Assembly (NCBI GenBank): GCA_963665145.1
Contig: OY762064.1
Span: forward strand, 2,790,382-2,854,381
Length of the DNA: 64,000 nt
Source of the DNA: Gammaproteobacteria bacterium
Lineage (GTDB): Bacteria > Pseudomonadota > Gammaproteobacteria > Steroidobacterales > Foliamicaceae
Reading direction: 5' to 3'
Both the position numbers and the translations under genes were made by a program. This document shows positions 1 to 9,024 of this stretch, in pieces (the first letter of the stretch is position 1; the number at the start of each line of letters is the position of its first letter). The notes beneath the pieces were generated by a model. It searched no databases and was not told the DNA's origin. It saw only the letters and a program-made list of their open reading frames with translations.

Positions 1-1423
1 GCTCGTTCAGGTCGTAACTCACGGCAGCAAACAGGGCCCTTGTTTGAGGGTCGAACGTACTGACCGACTGATTCGGATTCGGTTGCCTGCCCAGAAAAAC
101 CGAGAAACCCTGGAGTCTGGCTTCGATTTCGGTGTAACTCACACCGACAATCCAGCGCAAGCGCTGTTCCGCAGCCGAACTCAGCCTGAGTTCCTGACTG
201 AAGTCCTTGTTGGCCGTCAGTGTCAGGTTGTAGGTGTCCGCCGGCACCGGCCCGCCGAAGGCCATGCCCATCAGGCCCGCCGTCGGGCGCCGGTCGAAGT
301 CCTCGAAACTGGCGTATTCGTCCTTGTGCGCGGCGGTGATCGACGACAGCGACATGCCGTTGGCGAATTCGTAGTTCAGCACGAGACTGGCTTCCTGGGC
401 ATGCCGCTCCAGTCCGAAACCGTAAGGTACGTTGTCAAAAATGAAGGCGTCCTGCATCGCCGGATTGAAATAGGCCCACTGAAGTTCAGGCGTAAAGTTG
501 GTGTCCATGCCGACGTTGCCGTGGCCCAGGAACGGGACCTCGCCGCATAGCCAGGCGCCCCCTCCGGCCGCGCCGCCGGTCAGCGAGCAGTTAAAGAGCT
601 CCGGGTTGTCCGGCCTGTTGATCGCCACGCCGATCGACGGTCCGTCCTGGTCCTCCCAGTAATGGAGCCTGAGCTTGGCGCTGAAGTTATCGGTGGGTGT
701 CGCAAACAGGGACAAGGCAATGTCCTTGGTCGATTCCGCGCCGAGCCGGTCGGTCGGATCGGCGGAATTCTCATATTCGCCATCCGTATCGTACTGGCGC
801 CCGCTCAAGCGGAACGAGAGCACGTCTGCAACCAGCGGTCCTTCGACCTGCACGCCGAAATCCGAGGTGCCGAACCGCGCTGCCTCGGCCGAAACCCGGC
901 CGGCCCACTCGTTGCCGGGCGTCTTGGTGACCGCGTTGATGGCCCCGGAGAAGGTTGAACGCCCGAAGTATGCGCTCTGCGGACCCTTGATTATCTCGAT
1001 GCGCTCGTAGTTTTCGGTGCTGCCGATCTCGGATCCGAGTATCGGGGCGCCGTCGATGAACACGGTCGCGCCCTGGCGGGTCTGACGGTCGGTCCGCGGG
1101 TTCATGCCCCTGAAGATCAAACGGCGATTGAAGCGGCCGCCCTTGCCGACCGAGTGCTCCGCATAGTGGAAGCCCGGTGAGAAATCGACAAGATCGTGAA
1201 TTTCATCCAGCGCCATGTCCTCGATATCGCTGGAGCCGAATGCGGTCACCGTCAACGGTACTTCGAGCAATGACTCCTCACGCTTTCGCGAAGTAACGAT
1301 GATCTCTTCGATTACCAGTTCATTCTCTGCATCTGCATCCTGGGCGACTGCAACAGGTGCAACCACTGGCGCGGAAAGTAGCAGTGCAAGAGTGAACGGA
1401 ATTGCGGCGTGGGATCTGGTCAT
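1..1423 (-). CDS. TonB-dependent receptor (partial; 3' end runs off the window)
   Basis: Manual minus-strand translation from ATG at 1423 (GGAGG upstream): MTRSHAAIPFTLALLLSAPVVAPVAVAQD...IEEIIVTSRKREESLLEVPLTVTAF...ERIEIIKGPQSAYFGRSTFSGAIN. This gives signal peptide, TonB box and plug motifs. Absent from the ORF track because no stop lies in the window. Confidence 0.9.
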   Translation of the reverse strand, partial: MTRSHAAIPFTLALLLSAPVVAPVAVAQDADAENELVIEEIIVTSRKREESLLEVPLTVTAFGSSDIEDMALDEIHDLVDFSPGFHYAEHSVGKGGRFNRRLIFRGMNPRTDRQTRQGATVFIDGAPILGSEIGSTENYERIEIIKGPQSAYFGRSTFSGAINAVTKTPGNEWAGRVSAEAARFGTSDFGVQVEGPLVADVLSFRLSGRQYDTDGEYENSADPTDRLGAESTKDIALSLFATPTDNFSAKLRLHYWEDQDGPSIGVAINRPDNPELFNCSLTGGAAGGGAWLCGEVPFLGHGNVGMDTNFTPELQWAYFNPAMQDAFIFDNVPYGFGLERHAQEASLVLNYEFANGMSLSSITAAHKDEYASFEDFDRRPTAGLMGMAFGGPVPADTYNLTLTANKDFSQELRLSSAAEQRLRWIVGVSYTEIEARLQGFSVFLGRQPNPNQSVSTFDPQTRALFAAVSYDLNE

Positions 1424-1586
1424 CGTGAGGCCTCCAGCGACGATGAGCGCACGGTGCGAATCGCAAGGTCTCGGGCAAATCTGCCACAGTCGGTTTGGGT
1501 CGTCTTCGGTGGAGGACCCGACAAAGAAGCCACAGATCTACAACAAGACGCCTTTGAAAAGACCGCAGCTTGTTGAGTGAATTTTC

Positions 1587-1615
1587 ATGTTAGCTGGACT
1601 AACCAGTCTTTACAA
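1587..1615 (-). promoter_or_regulatory. Putative sigma70 promoter (TTGTAA-N17-TAACAT) with a CTGG-N5-CCAG palindrome in the spacer
   Basis: Minus strand reads ttgtaa agactggttagtccagc taacat, in an AT-rich patch upstream of the first TBDR. Confidence 0.5.
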
Positions 1616-1653
1616 GGCAAACGCCCTCAGCGTTGCGCTGATGGATGCTGCCC

Positions 1654-4101
1654 CTAGAACCTGATGCGTGCCGTAATGCCCACCTGGCGACGGCGTGGAT
1701 GCGACACGGCAAACCGGAAGGGGAACAGCGTATCAAACAAGCCGCCGGCGCCGCCCCCCGGCAGAGCATTCGCAAAGTAGACTTCGCGGAACGCTGCCAA
1801 CGGTGTGTCGTCGTCGAGCAGGTTGTCCGACCAGAGTTCCACGGTAAAGCGTTCGGAATCGATCCCTACACGCAGATTCACGTAGGTATGGGCGGGTATT
1901 TCGCCCTGGTTGGGCGCTCCCAGCCATTGCATGCCGGTGTAGAGCACGTCGCCCCGCACGTACCAGTCCATGTCGCCGCGCAGCGGGCGCCGATAGTTGA
2001 GCGTGCCGTTCGCCTGGACGGGCGACTGGCGCAGAAGTTCATTTCCGGAAACGTCGCCATCCGGCGCAAAGCTGGGAAAATCCGCGAATGATTCGATCTT
2101 GGCGTTGTCGAACTCGGACTCGGTAATCGAAAAGCCCAGCGTCCCGGTGAGGTTCTCGGTGAACGCGAACGTGAACGTCGCTTCCGCGCCCAGCACGGAT
2201 GCATCGCCGGCATTCTTGTCCAGCGACAGGATCTCGGCCAGAGGGATGCCGTTGGGATCGACCGTTACCAGTTGCGGAATGACGATTTTGGACCAGTCGA
2301 TGAAAAACACGGCGATGTCGCTGCTCAAGCGGCCGTCCATATAAGTGCCCTTGACGCCCAGCTCAAACGACGTGTTCTTCTCCGGGTCGATGTAGCTGAC
2401 CACCGTAACCCTGTCGCCGTTGATGTTAGTGTCGGTGTCGGAATCGAAATCGCCGCTCTTCTCCGCGCCTGCGATCGAGCCGTAGAACATGGTGTTCTCC
2501 GAAGGCTTGTAGTCGAGGGTCGCGCGCCAGGTGATGAAGTCCCAGGTGTTGCTCAGATCTCTGTTGGACTCGAAATTCTGGACTCTCCGGTCTTCGTCGG
2601 TGTAGCGCAATTCCGCGCGGCCGGTCAGACGATCGGAAATTTCCCAATCAACGGACCCGAATACAGCCCAGGAATCCGTTTCTTTGACAACCAGGACCTC
2701 ATCGCGGACATCGCCCATGGGCCCGGAGAACCAGGGACCGAAGACCAGGTCGCCGATTGAGGTGCGCGGGAAGGCCTGCAGAGCGAAGCCGACACCGGGG
2801 AAGAACTGGACGCAGGGACAGAAGTTTGCAAAATCGAACGGCCTTGGTGTCAGTGCCACGATGCCGCTCGCCTTTTCATTTCCTTCGACCGAGTAGTAGT
2901 AGGCGCCGAAGCTGTAGTCCAGCGCATTGTCTCCCGGGCTGGTGAATCGTATCTCCTGGCTGAACTCTTCGGTCTTGTCGCCTGGACCAATCTGCAGGTA
3001 CTCGGTTTCGAAGGTACGCAGCAAAAAGGCGCGCGGAAACGGCGAGATCGTGGACTGGTAGGCCAGGGTGGTCGTCGGCCTGTCGCGGGAACCACTGATA
3101 AGAAAAGTCTGTTCGACCATGGAGTAGCCCGACAGGGCGGTGAGTGTGCCGAATCCGGTGTCCAGGCCTATTGAAAGGCTGCCGTGAACCACATCGCGCT
3201 CCTCTCCGGTCGCCCGCGGAAAGACGCTTATGGCGTCCGTGCCGATCGAGGGCAGTTCGCCGCAATAGTTCTCCAGCCGCTCGCCCCTGGCGCTGGTGTT
3301 CTCGCAGTTCGCGGGCAGACCCGCCACCGCCGACGAGTCGATCTCGTCGGTGGACACATAGAAGGACATGCCCACATCGAATCGCTCATTGGGCGTGAAG
3401 TAGAGGCTTGCCTGGGCCGTTTCGTAGTTGAATCCACCGATATCGGGGCCATCGGGCACCTGGTTTTCGTAGGATCCGTCCCAGGTGTTGTTAATGAGCG
3501 CGAGGCGGCCGCGCAATACGCCCTCCACGATGGGGCCGCTGAGCGTGCCGGAAATCACCCTCCGGCCGTTATCGCCCAGCGTCAGTTCCGCCTTTCCCTG
3601 GAAGTCGTCGGTGGGCCGGGCGGTGACGAAATTGATGGCGCCGCTGAAGCTGTTGCGTCCATACATGGCTGCCTGCGGACCCTTGACCACTTCGATGCGC
3701 GCCAGGTCGAGTTGACTGAAATTCAGCCCTTCGCGGCCGGACAGATACACGCCGTCAACGAAGATCGCGGCATTGTTCTCCCGGCCCAGGACCGCCGTAG
3801 GCGCAATGCCTCGTATCACCGGCACGGGAAGAAACTCGCCGAGCAGATTGGAAAATGTCATGCCGGGTGTGAAATTCGCCACATCGTCGAGATTCTCGAT
3901 TGATGCGGACTCGATGTCCGCGGCGCTGAATGCCGTGATCGCCAAAGGCACGTCCTGCAGCCGTTCCTCGACCTTGCGCGCCGTTACAACGATTTCCTCC
4001 AGCGCTATCGCGCCTTCCTGAGCGTTTGCTGTCCCGGAAATTCCCGCCGCCGCAAGCAACGTTGCCGTGAAGATCCCGATCCTGGTGTGGATATTGGCCA
4101 T
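1654..4101 (-). CDS. TonB-dependent receptor
   Basis: Start taken at MANIHTRIG (4101). Signal peptide, LEEIVVTARK TonB box, RIEVVKGPQAAMYGRN plug motif, C-terminal Phe (ARIRF). Confidence 0.93.
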   Translation of the reverse strand: MANIHTRIGIFTATLLAAAGISGTANAQEGAIALEEIVVTARKVEERLQDVPLAITAFSAADIESASIENLDDVANFTPGMTFSNLLGEFLPVPVIRGIAPTAVLGRENNAAIFVDGVYLSGREGLNFSQLDLARIEVVKGPQAAMYGRNSFSGAINFVTARPTDDFQGKAELTLGDNGRRVISGTLSGPIVEGVLRGRLALINNTWDGSYENQVPDGPDIGGFNYETAQASLYFTPNERFDVGMSFYVSTDEIDSSAVAGLPANCENTSARGERLENYCGELPSIGTDAISVFPRATGEERDVVHGSLSIGLDTGFGTLTALSGYSMVEQTFLISGSRDRPTTTLAYQSTISPFPRAFLLRTFETEYLQIGPGDKTEEFSQEIRFTSPGDNALDYSFGAYYYSVEGNEKASGIVALTPRPFDFANFCPCVQFFPGVGFALQAFPRTSIGDLVFGPWFSGPMGDVRDEVLVVKETDSWAVFGSVDWEISDRLTGRAELRYTDEDRRVQNFESNRDLSNTWDFITWRATLDYKPSENTMFYGSIAGAEKSGDFDSDTDTNINGDRVTVVSYIDPEKNTSFELGVKGTYMDGRLSSDIAVFFIDWSKIVIPQLVTVDPNGIPLAEILSLDKNAGDASVLGAEATFTFAFTENLTGTLGFSITESEFDNAKIESFADFPSFAPDGDVSGNELLRQSPVQANGTLNYRRPLRGDMDWYVRGDVLYTGMQWLGAPNQGEIPAHTYVNLRVGIDSERFTVELWSDNLLDDDTPLAAFREVYFANALPGGGAGGLFDTLFPFRFAVSHPRRRQVGITARIRF

Positions 4102-4262
4102 GAAATGCCCCCTTGTTGATGTCCCACAGCCGCGGGAAACACGTTCGAGCCGCGGCAATTGTGGATAGGCGCATGACCGGCGTTTGTCGGTAGACGAAAC
4201 ACCTCGCGCACGCCTCCCCACGCTGATCTTACTAGATCATTCCACCCTCCCGCAGCGGCTGC

Positions 4263-5474
4263 TCAAGAATCCCAGCGAAAAATCCGTGCCGGGGCGCCTG
4301 CAGGGAATTGGGTGCGGTTGGCGGCGAGTTGGGCGAAGCCGTCGGTCCCGGCGAGCGAGGCGAAGTCGCCGGAGGTGTTGGTTTGTCGGGGATGGGCGAG
4401 GAGTTGGCCTTGTTTGCTGGTTGACAGGCCCACCGGCAGGAACCAGGTGAGCGCGGGTTTGAATGCGACGGCTTCGGTGAGTGCGGCGGTTTCAGGTGCC
4501 GATTGGCGTTTTCCCTGAGCCTTGTCAAGGGCGGGGATGACGTAGCGGCGAAGACAAACGAGACTGGAAACGGGGTTGCCGGGGAGGCCGAATACCGGCG
4601 TTTCTCCGTGCATGCCGAACCATAAGGGCAAACCGGGGCGTTGGCGGACGCGGTGGAAGACAGGCTTTGCGCCCATTTCCTCAAGAACAGCCGGGACATG
4701 GTCTTTCGCGCCCATTGAGACGCCGCCGCTGAGGATGAGTGCGTTGCTTTGCAGGAGGGCCTGGCCGATCCTTTCTGCGAGCACCCCCGGATTATCGGGC
4801 GCCTGGATCGCGTGGACATTGCCAAACCCGTGGCGGTTGAGCAGTGCCGACATGGCGGGGCCGTTGCTGGAGCGGATCTGCCAGGGTTCCGGCCGGGAAT
4901 CCAGGCCGACCAGTTCGTCGCCGGTGGACACCAGGGAAATGCTCGGGTCGGGAGCCACAAGGGGTTTCGCTACGCCGTTTGCGCTCAGCAGCGCCATCTC
5001 GACGCCGCCGATACGCTGGCCGGCCTTGAGCAGCAGTGCGCCGGCGCGGCGGTCGGACCCGCGTTTGTGGATGAACTGGCCGCGGGCCGGACGATAGGCG
5101 TCGGCGATTCGGACCGTTCCTCTGTCTTGCGTGATTTGCTCTACGGGAACGACGGTGTCGGCCCCGGACGGGATGGGAGCGCCGGTGGTGATACGCCGGA
5201 CCGCACTTGAGTTGGATAGCGTTGCCGGGGGCTCGCCGGCGCTCTGCAAGCCTTCGACGGGGAATTCGCGTTGCCCGGAAACCCAGCTCTTCCAGGTGAG
5301 CGCAATGCCGTCCATGGTCGCGCGGTCGTAGGGGGGAAGGTCCCTCTCGGCCCGGACGTCCTGGCGCAGGACGCGGCCGACAGCTGAGGGCAGGGCGGCG
5401 CGCTCTGCCGGCCACACAGGCACAGTCTGCAGGATGAGACGTTCGGCCTGGGTGACGGTGAGGTGGGATTGCAT
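4263..5474 (-). CDS. moeA: Molybdopterin molybdotransferase
   Basis: PPYDRATMDG, RITTGAPIPSGADTVV, STGDEL, SGGVSMGAKD and GLPGNPVS motifs. Confidence 0.93.
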   Translation of the reverse strand: MQSHLTVTQAERLILQTVPVWPAERAALPSAVGRVLRQDVRAERDLPPYDRATMDGIALTWKSWVSGQREFPVEGLQSAGEPPATLSNSSAVRRITTGAPIPSGADTVVPVEQITQDRGTVRIADAYRPARGQFIHKRGSDRRAGALLLKAGQRIGGVEMALLSANGVAKPLVAPDPSISLVSTGDELVGLDSRPEPWQIRSSNGPAMSALLNRHGFGNVHAIQAPDNPGVLAERIGQALLQSNALILSGGVSMGAKDHVPAVLEEMGAKPVFHRVRQRPGLPLWFGMHGETPVFGLPGNPVSSLVCLRRYVIPALDKAQGKRQSAPETAALTEAVAFKPALTWFLPVGLSTSKQGQLLAHPRQTNTSGDFASLAGTDGFAQLAANRTQFPAGAPARIFRWDS

Positions 5475-5515
5475 CAGCTACTAGGGTAACCCCTGGCAAG
5501 GCTTCCGCCGGGAAG

Positions 5516-5539
5516 GAGGGCGGGGACGCCCTCTCCCCC
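5516..5539 (-). repeat. REP-like palindrome
   Basis: Minus strand ggggagagggcgtccccgccctc matches the family GGGAACGAGGGCGTCCTGCCCTC. Confidence 0.6.
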
Positions 5540-5544
5540 AAATG

Positions 5545-6843
5545 CTAGGGCAGGTTTCTTTCGGCCATGGCGCGACGGTAGATCGGCAGCAGGCGCCACA
5601 GGAAAAACAGCCCCAGCAGACCGCTTATCGTGCCGATGATCGCCATCGAGTAGTGCAGCTTCATGTCGTTGGCGAACACGAAGTCGGTGATCAGCGCTAC
5701 CGACGTGCTGCCGAAGCCCATGCTGACGAGGGCCACTATGAACAGGTAAATCGCGCTGGTCTGGGCGCGCATGGACGGGGGCGTGAACAGTTGCAGCGTC
5801 ATCACGGCCAGCGGGAATACCCAGCTGCCGAAGAACAGCAGCGGTGCGTACATCAGCAAAGAGTAATTGGGATCCGGTATGAGCGTCGTAACTGCGGCTG
5901 CCGGCACCAGAGCGAAGGTGGCCAGAATGGCGGAGCGGATGGTGCCGCCCCGATCGCCGCGCTTGTGCAGGTAATCCGCGTGCATGCCGCCGACGATGGA
6001 CCCCACGCAGCCGAACGTTCCCACGATCAGGCCCAGCCTGAGCCCCACCGTGGCGCGCGGCATTTCGTGGATTCGAATGAAGTACTCCGCGCCCCAGACC
6101 AGGACCGCGTTGAATAGCAGGGAGAGCATGCAGAACGCCGCCACCAGGTAGCCGTAAACGGAGATATTTCTCCGCAGGAATTGAAGCAGTTCCGGGATCG
6201 GCACGCCGCCTTCAACGGCGCCATGGCGGGTGGGCTCGCGAAAGGTAAGGCACAGCAGGGCGATCACCAGTCCGGGCAGGCCGACGATGACCAGCGTGGC
6301 CCGCCAGGCGGACAGCTCTCCAAGCAGAGGCAGTTCCAGAGGCGGGCCCTGTTCCAGCGTGCCTACAAGCCAGCCGCCGAGTATCACACTGAGCCCATAG
6401 CCGACGAACAGGCCGGTCTGATAGGTGCCTATCGCGCGGCCGACCTTCTTGCGCGGGAACAGGTCGGTAATCAGCGAGAAGGCCGCCGGCGCCAGCGCCG
6501 CTTCTCCAACGCCAACGCCCACGCGCGCCGCAAAGAGTGATCCGAAGCTGCGCGCCAGGCCGCAAAGCGCCGTCATCAGGCTCCACAGCGCAATCCCCGC
6601 GCTGACGATGTTGCGGCGGTTGGAGCGGTCGGCCAGCCGCGCGATGGGTATGCCCATGGTGCAGTAGAACAACGCAAAGGCTATCCCCTGCAAGAGGCTG
6701 AATTGCGTGTCGTTCAGGCTCAGGTCGGCCTTGATCGGCCCCACCATCAGGCCGATGATCCATCGGTCGATCAGCGCGAAGGTGTAGGCGAGGGTGAGCA
6801 GGAACACTGCATACCAGGCGCCGATATTCTTGAGTCTGTCGAT
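5545..6843 (-). CDS. MFS transporter (spinster-like); probable non-canonical ATC start at 6843 (ORF track starts at GTG 6807)
   Basis: Highly hydrophobic, with motif A (RLADRSNRR) and ARVGVGVGEA. The frame extends upstream to ATC GAC AGA CTC (xDRLKNIGAWYAVF), preceded by GGGAGG. Confidence 0.85.
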   Translation of the reverse strand: MDRLKNIGAWYAVFLLTLAYTFALIDRWIIGLMVGPIKADLSLNDTQFSLLQGIAFALFYCTMGIPIARLADRSNRRNIVSAGIALWSLMTALCGLARSFGSLFAARVGVGVGEAALAPAAFSLITDLFPRKKVGRAIGTYQTGLFVGYGLSVILGGWLVGTLEQGPPLELPLLGELSAWRATLVIVGLPGLVIALLCLTFREPTRHGAVEGGVPIPELLQFLRRNISVYGYLVAAFCMLSLLFNAVLVWGAEYFIRIHEMPRATVGLRLGLIVGTFGCVGSIVGGMHADYLHKRGDRGGTIRSAILATFALVPAAAVTTLIPDPNYSLLMYAPLLFFGSWVFPLAVMTLQLFTPPSMRAQTSAIYLFIVALVSMGFGSTSVALITDFVFANDMKLHYSMAIIGTISGLLGLFFLWRLLPIYRRAMAERNLP

Positions 6844-6902
6844 GTGGGTGAGGTCCTCCCGCGCCGGTTAGCGCGCAAGCTTACGCCAATTCGCCTGAGG
6901 GG

Positions 6903-7679
6903 TTACTCGGAGAATGTCAGAAGGACGCCGGGCGCCTGGGCGGTCAGGCTGCTGTCGTCGCGTTGGAATGGCTGCCCGGCGTCGCGGAGCGCCCGGGCGG
7001 TCTGGTTCAGGCTGCGTGTGCGCAGATGCAGGGTGGTGAAGCCCCTCAAGCCTCGTTCGAGCGGATGGATCTTGAGAAATTCCGGCGCTTGCGGACTTCC
7101 GAGCAGGCGGTATCGGCGTTCCGCGTCGTCCACATCGTCGGTTTGCAAGGTCATGCCGGTCAATTCCGTTGCGCCGTTGGGATGCGCGTTCATTGCCGAC
7201 CAGAACACGAGTTCGGGCGTCATGTGCTGCACGTAGCCGCACAGCGCTTCGGGGAAGTTTTGCGGCGGCAGAGCCAGCCAGCGGAACCGCGCGGTCGCGC
7301 CTTGGGCGTATTGCAGGCGGCGGCTGGCTTCGCCGACCGGTGTCGGGTCTTGCCCGGCCTCCACCGCTTGTTCGCGTGCTGCAGCAATGTCCGCGGCCCG
7401 CAGAATAAGGATGCGAATGGCGTGGCCGTCGCCTATCCAGGGTGCCAGGTGATGGTCCGGCCCTGGTGCGGTGACCTCGCTCAGCTCTACATAAGTGGAC
7501 CCGAAGATGAAGTGCGCGCTTTGCTGGCCCAGGCTTCGCTCTTTGCCGTCGGGCCCGGTGCCCATCAGTTCTACCGGGTCAGTGACCTTAAAGCCGAGCT
7601 TGCGAAAAGCGGCGACAGTGGCGCCGATGTCCGGTCCCACCAGGCCGACGTGATCGATGTCGAGCCCGATACGCTTCAA
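6903..7679 (-). CDS. VOC/glyoxalase-like family protein
   Basis: TTG start overlaps the upstream TGA. IDHVGLV, LGF, TYVEL and HPNGA motifs. Confidence 0.8.
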   Translation of the reverse strand: MKRIGLDIDHVGLVGPDIGATVAAFRKLGFKVTDPVELMGTGPDGKERSLGQQSAHFIFGSTYVELSEVTAPGPDHHLAPWIGDGHAIRILILRAADIAAAREQAVEAGQDPTPVGEASRRLQYAQGATARFRWLALPPQNFPEALCGYVQHMTPELVFWSAMNAHPNGATELTGMTLQTDDVDDAERRYRLLGSPQAPEFLKIHPLERGLRGFTTLHLRTRSLNQTARALRDAGQPFQRDDSSLTAQAPGVLLTFSE

Positions 7680-8983
7680 GATGTCTGGCCGCCTGGCAGT
7701 TCTCGCTCCTGCCTGTCCATGGCGCGGCGATAGATCGACAGCAGCACCCATAGCAGGATGACGCTCAACACCCCGCTCAGCGTGGCGGCGATCGCCATGG
7801 AGTAGTGGAGCATTGCGTCGTTGTGAAATACGAAGTCGGTAATCAACGCGACCGCTGTTCCGCCGAAGCCTATGCCCGTCAGGTTGACGACGAACAGGTA
7901 AACCGCGGAGAACTGCGCCCGCATCGGCGGCGGCGTGAACAGTTGCAGTGCAGTCGTGGCCGGCGCAAACACCCAGCTGGAAAAGAACAGCAACGGCGCC
8001 AGCAGGACCACCGAGAGCCCGGCGCTGGGCATCAGCGTGATGGTGGCGCCCAGGGGGAGCACGATGCAGGCTGCCATGAGCGCGGAGCGAATCGCGCCGC
8101 CGTTGTCGCCGCGGCGCTTCAGGTAGTCGCAATGCAGCCCCCCGCAAATGATGCCCGAACCCCCGAAAAAGGTCACGATTACACCCAAGTAGGTTCCTGC
8201 CCTGCCCGGGGTCTCACCGTGAATGCGGATCAGGTATTCGCCGAACCAGGCGATCTCAGCGTTGAACAGCAGCGTCAGCATGGAGAAGGCGAGGAAATGC
8301 AGGACATACAGCTTCCAATGCTGCGCAAAAAAGGCCCCGACCTGACTGATCGGCAGTCCGCCGGCCTTCGCTTGCAGGCGCGCCGGCTCGCGGAAGGTAA
8401 GACAGAGCCCGGCAATGATCAATCCCGGGAGTCCCAGCACCACCAGCGTCAGCCGCCAGGGAGTGAGTTCGCCTACGATCGGCAGGGTTACCGGCTCCAG
8501 GGCGCTGATCAGCTGTCCCACCAGAAAAAAACTGAGGCCGATGCCGATGAACACGCCCGAGGAATAGATTCCCAGGGCGCGGCCGAGCTTCTCGCGCGGG
8601 AACAGGTCCGCGATCATCGAATAAGCGGCCGGCGACAGGGCAGCTTCGCCGACGCCGACGCCGATCCTTGCCAGGAAGAGCGATCCGAAGGTCCGCGCCA
8701 GGCCGCACAGCGCCGTCATCACGCTCCAAACGGCGATGCCGGCGGAGATGATGTTGCGGCGGTTGGCCCGGTCCGCCAGCCAGGCGATGGGGATGCCCAG
8801 CAAGGTGTAGAAGATCGCAAAGGCGAGGCCTTGCAGCAGGCTGAACTGGGTGTCGGTAATGCCCAGCTCGGCCCGGATCGGCCCTACCATCAGGCCGAGG
8901 ACCGAGCGGTCGATGTATGAGCAGGTGTAGGCGACCGTGAGGACGCCTACGATGTACCAGCTACGACGGGGTTGAGCGCTCAC
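7676..8983 (-). CDS. MFS transporter (spinster-like), paralog of 5545-6843
   Basis: WLADRANRR and ARIGVGVGEAALSPAA motifs, with multiple hydrophobic segments. Confidence 0.9.
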   Translation of the reverse strand: MSAQPRRSWYIVGVLTVAYTCSYIDRSVLGLMVGPIRAELGITDTQFSLLQGLAFAIFYTLLGIPIAWLADRANRRNIISAGIAVWSVMTALCGLARTFGSLFLARIGVGVGEAALSPAAYSMIADLFPREKLGRALGIYSSGVFIGIGLSFFLVGQLISALEPVTLPIVGELTPWRLTLVVLGLPGLIIAGLCLTFREPARLQAKAGGLPISQVGAFFAQHWKLYVLHFLAFSMLTLLFNAEIAWFGEYLIRIHGETPGRAGTYLGVIVTFFGGSGIICGGLHCDYLKRRGDNGGAIRSALMAACIVLPLGATITLMPSAGLSVVLLAPLLFFSSWVFAPATTALQLFTPPPMRAQFSAVYLFVVNLTGIGFGGTAVALITDFVFHNDAMLHYSMAIAATLSGVLSVILLWVLLSIYRRAMDRQERELPGGQTS

Positions 8984-8990
8984 TCAGGCC

Positions 8991-9019
8991 GGAAACGAGG
9001 GCGTCCTGCCCTCACTCCC
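8991..9019 (+). repeat. REP-like palindrome
   Basis: ggaaacgagggcgtcctgccctcactccc. Confidence 0.65.
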
Positions 9020-9024
9020 GCAAA

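Noticed and set aside
6903-8147. 414-aa version of the VOC ORF
   Set aside because: The N-terminal extension overlaps the MFS gene out of frame; the true start is TTG 7679.
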